Source of the DNA: a virus | Taxonomy: Duplodnaviria; Caudoviricetes | Direction: 5' to 3' (one strand) | Virus record (IMG/VR): IMGVR_UViG_3300033485_000020 | Coordinates: 1 to 50,282 of that record | Length of the DNA stretch: 50,282 nt | In this document: positions 46,661-50,282 of the stretch, piece by piece | Numbering within the stretch: position 1 is the first letter of the stretch | Layout of the letters: each line of letters starts with the position of its first letter | Made by a program: the position numbers and the translations under genes | The notes under the pieces: model-generated | The model's database searches: none | Told to the model about the DNA's origin: nothing | Seen by the model: the letters and a program-made list of their open reading frames with translations, nothing else

Positions 46661-47029
46661 TTAATCCTCCATTAGAATAGATACGTCATTAAGTTGCTTT
46701 TCCTCATCTTCTTCCCTCACTTCAATTTCTGGAAGCTTCAGCCCAAGTTCGAGGGCTATCTGAATGATTTGATCTTCGGTTAGCTCTACGTTAGTTGTCT
46801 TGACTTTCTTCCCACTGGCATTAGGTGGCTCAATTCTGAGCCTGCCATCTATCATGGCTAGTTTTTTGTCAGTAGTTTCATAGTCAAGTTTGTCAGCTTC
46901 ATAACGAGCTTTTACTTGAAAGTAGAGCTTCTGCGCTCGGATGTAAATAGAGTGCGAGGATAGCATATGGTGATAAGCTATCCTACGCCTCTCCTTCAAC
47001 AACTCCATTTCCAGGGACTGATCGCTCAT
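46661..47029 (-). CDS. Hypothetical coiled-coil protein
   Basis: 122-aa ORF in the early region. Confidence 0.55.
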   Translation of the reverse strand: MSDQSLEMELLKERRRIAYHHMLSSHSIYIRAQKLYFQVKARYEADKLDYETTDKKLAMIDGRLRIEPPNASGKKVKTTNVELTEDQIIQIALELGLKLPEIEVREEDEEKQLNDVSILMED

Positions 47030-47332
47030 TTGGTTGCCTCGCTGGTATAGTTAATCGTGGAAGTAGTGGATTTCTCCACTTTGGAAATGCCTTATCACGG
47101 CATTCTGGACAACGCAGCCCAGGGCCTGAGAAGGTGTTGTTACACTTGTTGTTACAGCATTTTTTCATCCTCAGTCTCCTTTTCTGAGATGGTAACATAT
47201 ACAGTTGGAGGTGCTACTATGCCAACTATATCTTTTGGAATGTAGAATGTAACATTCTCTTCTTTGTTAGTAAATACATGAGAATGTTTGCATTCCTTCG
47301 ATAGGCTAAGTTTGATAGTTTTAGTTTTCACC

Positions 47333-47737
47333 TTATCCCTCCAGTTTAATAAGGGTCTTTGAATCATACTTCTGACCAAGGCCAGTGCCGAGGCCATAGC
47401 CACTTGTTTCAAAACAGAATATGCACATTAGTGCCCAAGAGGAGCCAACTACTCTTCCGTCTACAAACCAAGGATCTTTCGATAGATCTAATCCACAGAT
47501 GTCACACTTTGCCGGCCAAGTCCCTTGCCATTTCTTCTGTATTCTGTCATTAAATAGAAGACAACCGCACTTAATCCTTGGCTGATTATGTATAGAACAT
47601 ATTCCACACTGATGATGGCCTGCCTCACCAGCGCTTTTGCAGTCTATTCTATCTTGACAATCGCAAGGATATTCATCCTCTCCGCAATACTTACATCGTG
47701 TCAAAGGTTTAACAATCAACTCGTCGTCAAGACTCAT
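47333..47737 (-). CDS. Cys-rich Zn-binding hypothetical protein
   Basis: Multiple CxxC/CxxH motifs; C-terminal CDIC...WALMC..C...GLGTGLGQKY. Confidence 0.65.
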   Translation of the reverse strand: MSLDDELIVKPLTRCKYCGEDEYPCDCQDRIDCKSAGEAGHHQCGICSIHNQPRIKCGCLLFNDRIQKKWQGTWPAKCDICGLDLSKDPWFVDGRVVGSSWALMCIFCFETSGYGLGTGLGQKYDSKTLIKLEG

Positions 47738-47933
47738 CACATTCCTCCGGATCACATAGGCCACAGTAAAAAGTTATATTCTTACACTTCTCACACATCC
47801 AGAGGCCGTGTCCTGGAATTCCACAGCTGGAAGTCCAGTACAATTTTGTATGCTCTCCACAGTAATCACAATCATCTGGGAGTTGAAGGATTGAAGTACG
47901 AAGTGGTTTAGAATCTATTGTAGCTGGCATCAC
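47727..47933 (-). CDS. Small Zn-finger hypothetical protein
   Basis: CDYCG...CEKC...CGLC. Confidence 0.5.
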   Translation of the reverse strand: MMPATIDSKPLRTSILQLPDDCDYCGEHTKLYWTSSCGIPGHGLWMCEKCKNITFYCGLCDPEECDES

Positions 47934-48069
47934 ACTACTCCCAAGTTATGAAGATGTCTCTTACACCATCTCAAAAACATCTTCCATTTGCTTCCTGTGA
48001 AACCAAGTTGGTTTCGTAAGTGTTGAACATTGAAGTCGTTCATAACTACTCCTTTTTCATTATTATCTC

Positions 48070-48099
48070 ATTATACCATAACTACCTCATACTTTTCAA
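48070..48099 (-). promoter_or_regulatory. Sigma70-type early promoter
   Basis: TTGAAA-18 bp-TATAAT with extended -10 TG; leader resembles that of the 41721 promoter. Confidence 0.7.
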
Positions 48100-48116
48100 C
48101 AAGGTATTTCATTTCA

Positions 48117-48141
48117 AGTTCAATTTATTTTAAATTCAACT
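48117..48141. promoter_or_regulatory. 25-bp quasi-palindromic site, copy 13
   Basis: agttcaATTTATTTTAAATtcaact. Confidence 0.85.
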
Positions 48142-48192
48142 ATTGTAATCGCACTGGTTCAATTATCCTCGCCAACCTTGTTGGCGTTGGAT

Positions 48193-48217
48193 AGACACAT
48201 TTAAAATAAATTCAACT
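48193..48217. promoter_or_regulatory. 25-bp quasi-palindromic site, copy 14
   Basis: agacacATTTAAAATAAATtcaact; overlaps the stop codon of ORF 48212-48949. Confidence 0.85.
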
Positions 48218-48949
48218 CTTTACCACTCTACTCCTCAAAAACTCCATATCCAAAGGAGCATTTTCCTTCTCTATTATAGCTTTATCAATCCGCTCTTGTC
48301 TCTCATTCACTTCTTCCATCGTCATTCCTTCTCGCACATCAGCTATTACACTACCTCTCTCCCTCATCCCTGCCTTTTGCTTCTCTATCTCTGCGTCTTG
48401 CTTGGCCTTAGCTTGAGCAATCAACTTATTCATCACTACTGTATCACCCTCAGGATACATCAAGTCAGGAAACCCAGGCAGAGGAATCCAGTGAGGTCCA
48501 TTGTCTCTATTAGGCGCTCCTGTCTGAGCATCATTATATCTGCTCCCAGATCTCAACTTCTCTCCTAACTCGATTCTCTTATCAGTAAGTATCTGATTAT
48601 GCAAGACATTCTTCCCACCTCTTCCACCTCTATTCAAGTCTATCCTAAACCTTCTTGACAAACTATCCCTTGCAGCCACTGTATCATCTACCATCTCAAT
48701 CTCTCCATTACTCACTAATTGCTCTACTAACATTCTCAGTGGCTCTCTTATTATCTCACTCATAAACCTCGGATAGACTCCATTCTTATCCATCCAGTTA
48801 GCAAGCGTAGCTAACAACCTACTATCCATCCACACCTGGCTAAGTACATCTCCTTTATAATTCAAAGGTTGAATGACACTACTCCCCTTTGTACTATCTT
48901 CCTTATAAGGAGTATTCCTACTCCCATCCTTGTCATAATAACTTGTCAT
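48212..48949 (-). CDS. Putative DNA-binding protein with ribbon-helix-helix-like N-terminal domain
   Basis: LSQVWMDSRLLATLANWM...MSEIIREPLRMLV strand-helix-helix pattern. Confidence 0.55.
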   Translation of the reverse strand: MTSYYDKDGSRNTPYKEDSTKGSSVIQPLNYKGDVLSQVWMDSRLLATLANWMDKNGVYPRFMSEIIREPLRMLVEQLVSNGEIEMVDDTVAARDSLSRRFRIDLNRGGRGGKNVLHNQILTDKRIELGEKLRSGSRYNDAQTGAPNRDNGPHWIPLPGFPDLMYPEGDTVVMNKLIAQAKAKQDAEIEKQKAGMRERGSVIADVREGMTMEEVNERQERIDKAIIEKENAPLDMEFLRSRVVKS

Positions 48950-48960
48950 ATAGCTCCTAT

Positions 48961-49161
48961 GTTAGTGTCGTTAATATCGTTAGTGTCATTAATATATTTA
49001 ATACCATAGTGCTATTGCCCTACCCAACGTATTATATTACATTAAGTATATTAACCATAATATCGTTAATATCATATGTTAATACACTATCTGTAATATA
49101 TATTATTATATAGGCAACAGCACTACACCATTAATGACATTAAATACATTAAATACATTAA
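48961..49161. repeat. AT-rich long imperfect palindrome with short direct repeats (origin candidate)
   Basis: Nested inverted arms centred near 49066; tandem gttagtgtcRttaatat x2 and taaatacat x2. Confidence 0.6.
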
Positions 49162-49430
49162 CATAACTATATGTAATATGTAAAGGCAAAATTATGTAAC
49201 ATTGTTGACAGTTAGAAACTATCCTTCATCAGCCATCCAGCTATGTAATACTTCTGGTTCAACTAGCAAGCATAGTAATGCCCATAGCTGTTCTGTAGTA
49301 AGTGAACTCCAGTTGGCATAGATGCCAGTGACTCCTTCGAGTCTATCTATGATACTCTGTCTATCTTTCATACTCTCCTCCTTGTCAATGAACTATTTAA
49401 CAACTCAATCCAAGTGTCCAGGGCTACTGT

Positions 49431-49802
49431 TTACTTCTTCGCTCTCGCTTCGGCCAACTTTTGAGTTAACAGTTCTTCAACTGTCATCCCTTTAGCTTGT
49501 GCTTCCCTCGCTAACAACTCCTCTGCCGTAGCTTGTGGAGCAGCTGCTGGAGCGTCTGCTTTAATCTTCACCGTGGACTTATCGACGTGAGATTCATACT
49601 TCGCTCGACCACTTGAGCCATTCGCCCATGCTATTACGTCATTCCTAACGCATTTGCTGAGCAACTGCTCAACGGTAAGCCCTGAGTAATCTATCTCCAG
49701 CGTTATGGTCTTATGGATACCTGCTTTCTTAGCATCCTCATCCGCAGATATCTTGCATACCTTTGTCCGAACTACATTAACCAAGCTTTCATTCAGGTTC
49801 AT
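49431..49802 (-). CDS. Hypothetical early protein
   Basis: AAAGGA RBS before ATG 49802; among the first ORFs of the minus arm. Confidence 0.65.
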   Translation of the reverse strand: MNLNESLVNVVRTKVCKISADEDAKKAGIHKTITLEIDYSGLTVEQLLSKCVRNDVIAWANGSSGRAKYESHVDKSTVKIKADAPAAAPQATAEELLAREAQAKGMTVEELLTQKLAEARAKK

Positions 49803-50072
49803 AACGTATCCTTTCATATTGATACAGGTTACGCCCTGAACACCTGGATTGAATTGTCAAAGAACATATCATCTCATCCATGTCTGGCTGCGATGATGCA
49901 ACCATCGTACCACACAAGAACACGAATGTCAAGACAATTCGTACTGATGGCATGGGGGAAAACAGATTCGGTCGCGGCTTGGTTGACTCTCTCACAAAAT
50001 GTCCCTAACTAATAAATGTTGAAATGTTGTAACATTCATCCCAGACTCATTCAAAACTTGTGGATGAGAATT

Positions 50073-50097
50073 AGTTAAATTTATTTTAAATATGACT
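50073..50097. promoter_or_regulatory. 25-bp quasi-palindromic site, copy 15
   Basis: agttaaATTTATTTTAAATatgact; upstream of the late-arm promoter. Confidence 0.85.
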
Positions 50098-50134
50098 ATG
50101 GGATATAGTACATTAAATGTTGAAGGAAATTACC

Positions 50135-50163
50135 TTGACGTTTGGGTGTAGAACATTTATAAT
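50135..50163 (+). promoter_or_regulatory. Sigma70-type promoter for the plus (packaging/lysis/structural) arm
   Basis: TTGACG-17 bp-TATAAT, 23 bp before the ATG of ORF 32 across the circular join. Confidence 0.85.
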
Positions 50164-50282
50164 AAATGTAATTGTAGGAAAGAATTATGGCCAGCGAACT
50201 TCAACTACGTGATGGACTCTATGGGTTTGAATATCGAGAGGAAGATCAGCGCAGAGTCTCGCCTGAAGAACGTAAAACTTAC
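50156..50282. repeat. Terminal direct repeat copy 2 (circular assembly overlap)
   Basis: Identical to 1-127. Confidence 0.95.

Noticed and set aside
45890-49802. Paralogy between early proteins 45890-46279 and 49431-49802
   Set aside because: They share only size and an A(K/R)AKK ending; I could not find a convincing alignment by eye.
1497-50097. 25-bp repeats as a CRISPR array or Xer/dif or integron att sites
   Set aside because: The copies are dispersed kilobases apart with no regular spacers. The 11-3-11 geometry differs from the 11-6-11 of dif, and no tyrosine recombinase is recognisable.
50156-50282. 127-bp terminal repeat as a biological DTR
   Set aside because: The length equals a standard assembly k-mer and the repeat cuts through a promoter and a CDS. 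It is best read as a circularisation overlap.

Overview
This window looks like a complete, circularly assembled dsDNA tailed-phage genome of about 50,155 bp. Bases 1-127 are repeated at 50156-50282, which looks like an assembler overlap. The architecture is podovirus-like. The + arm (32-30842) encodes a putative small terminase, endolysin and holin, a four-gene glycosylation cluster, the large terminase, portal, scaffold, major capsid, short-tail and ejection proteins, and a 2,491-aa polyvalent protein. The - arm (30850-49802) encodes a DUF3987 ATPase, a UDG-PolA fusion, a ParB-methyltransferase, dCMP deaminase, a UDP-sulfoquinovose synthase, SSB/AAA/PD-(D/E)xK recombination genes, a HIRAN protein, DNA ligase and many small early ORFs. 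I recognised no integrase, RNA polymerase, primase, tRNA or CRISPR array. Best candidate for a new system: a mucin-type virion O-glycosylation pathway, made of a ppGalNAc-T-like initiating enzyme, three more GT2 domains (two fused to methyltransferases), a sulfo-sugar donor enzyme, and a shared TTLAPTT-type tag on five structural-region proteins. Other highlights: 15 copies of a 25-bp quasi-palindromic site at gene junctions, a small Tat-like protein carrying a copy of a portal segment, an apparently split tail-nozzle gene, and candidate structured RNAs. All family assignments come from reading motifs by eye; no database searches were run.
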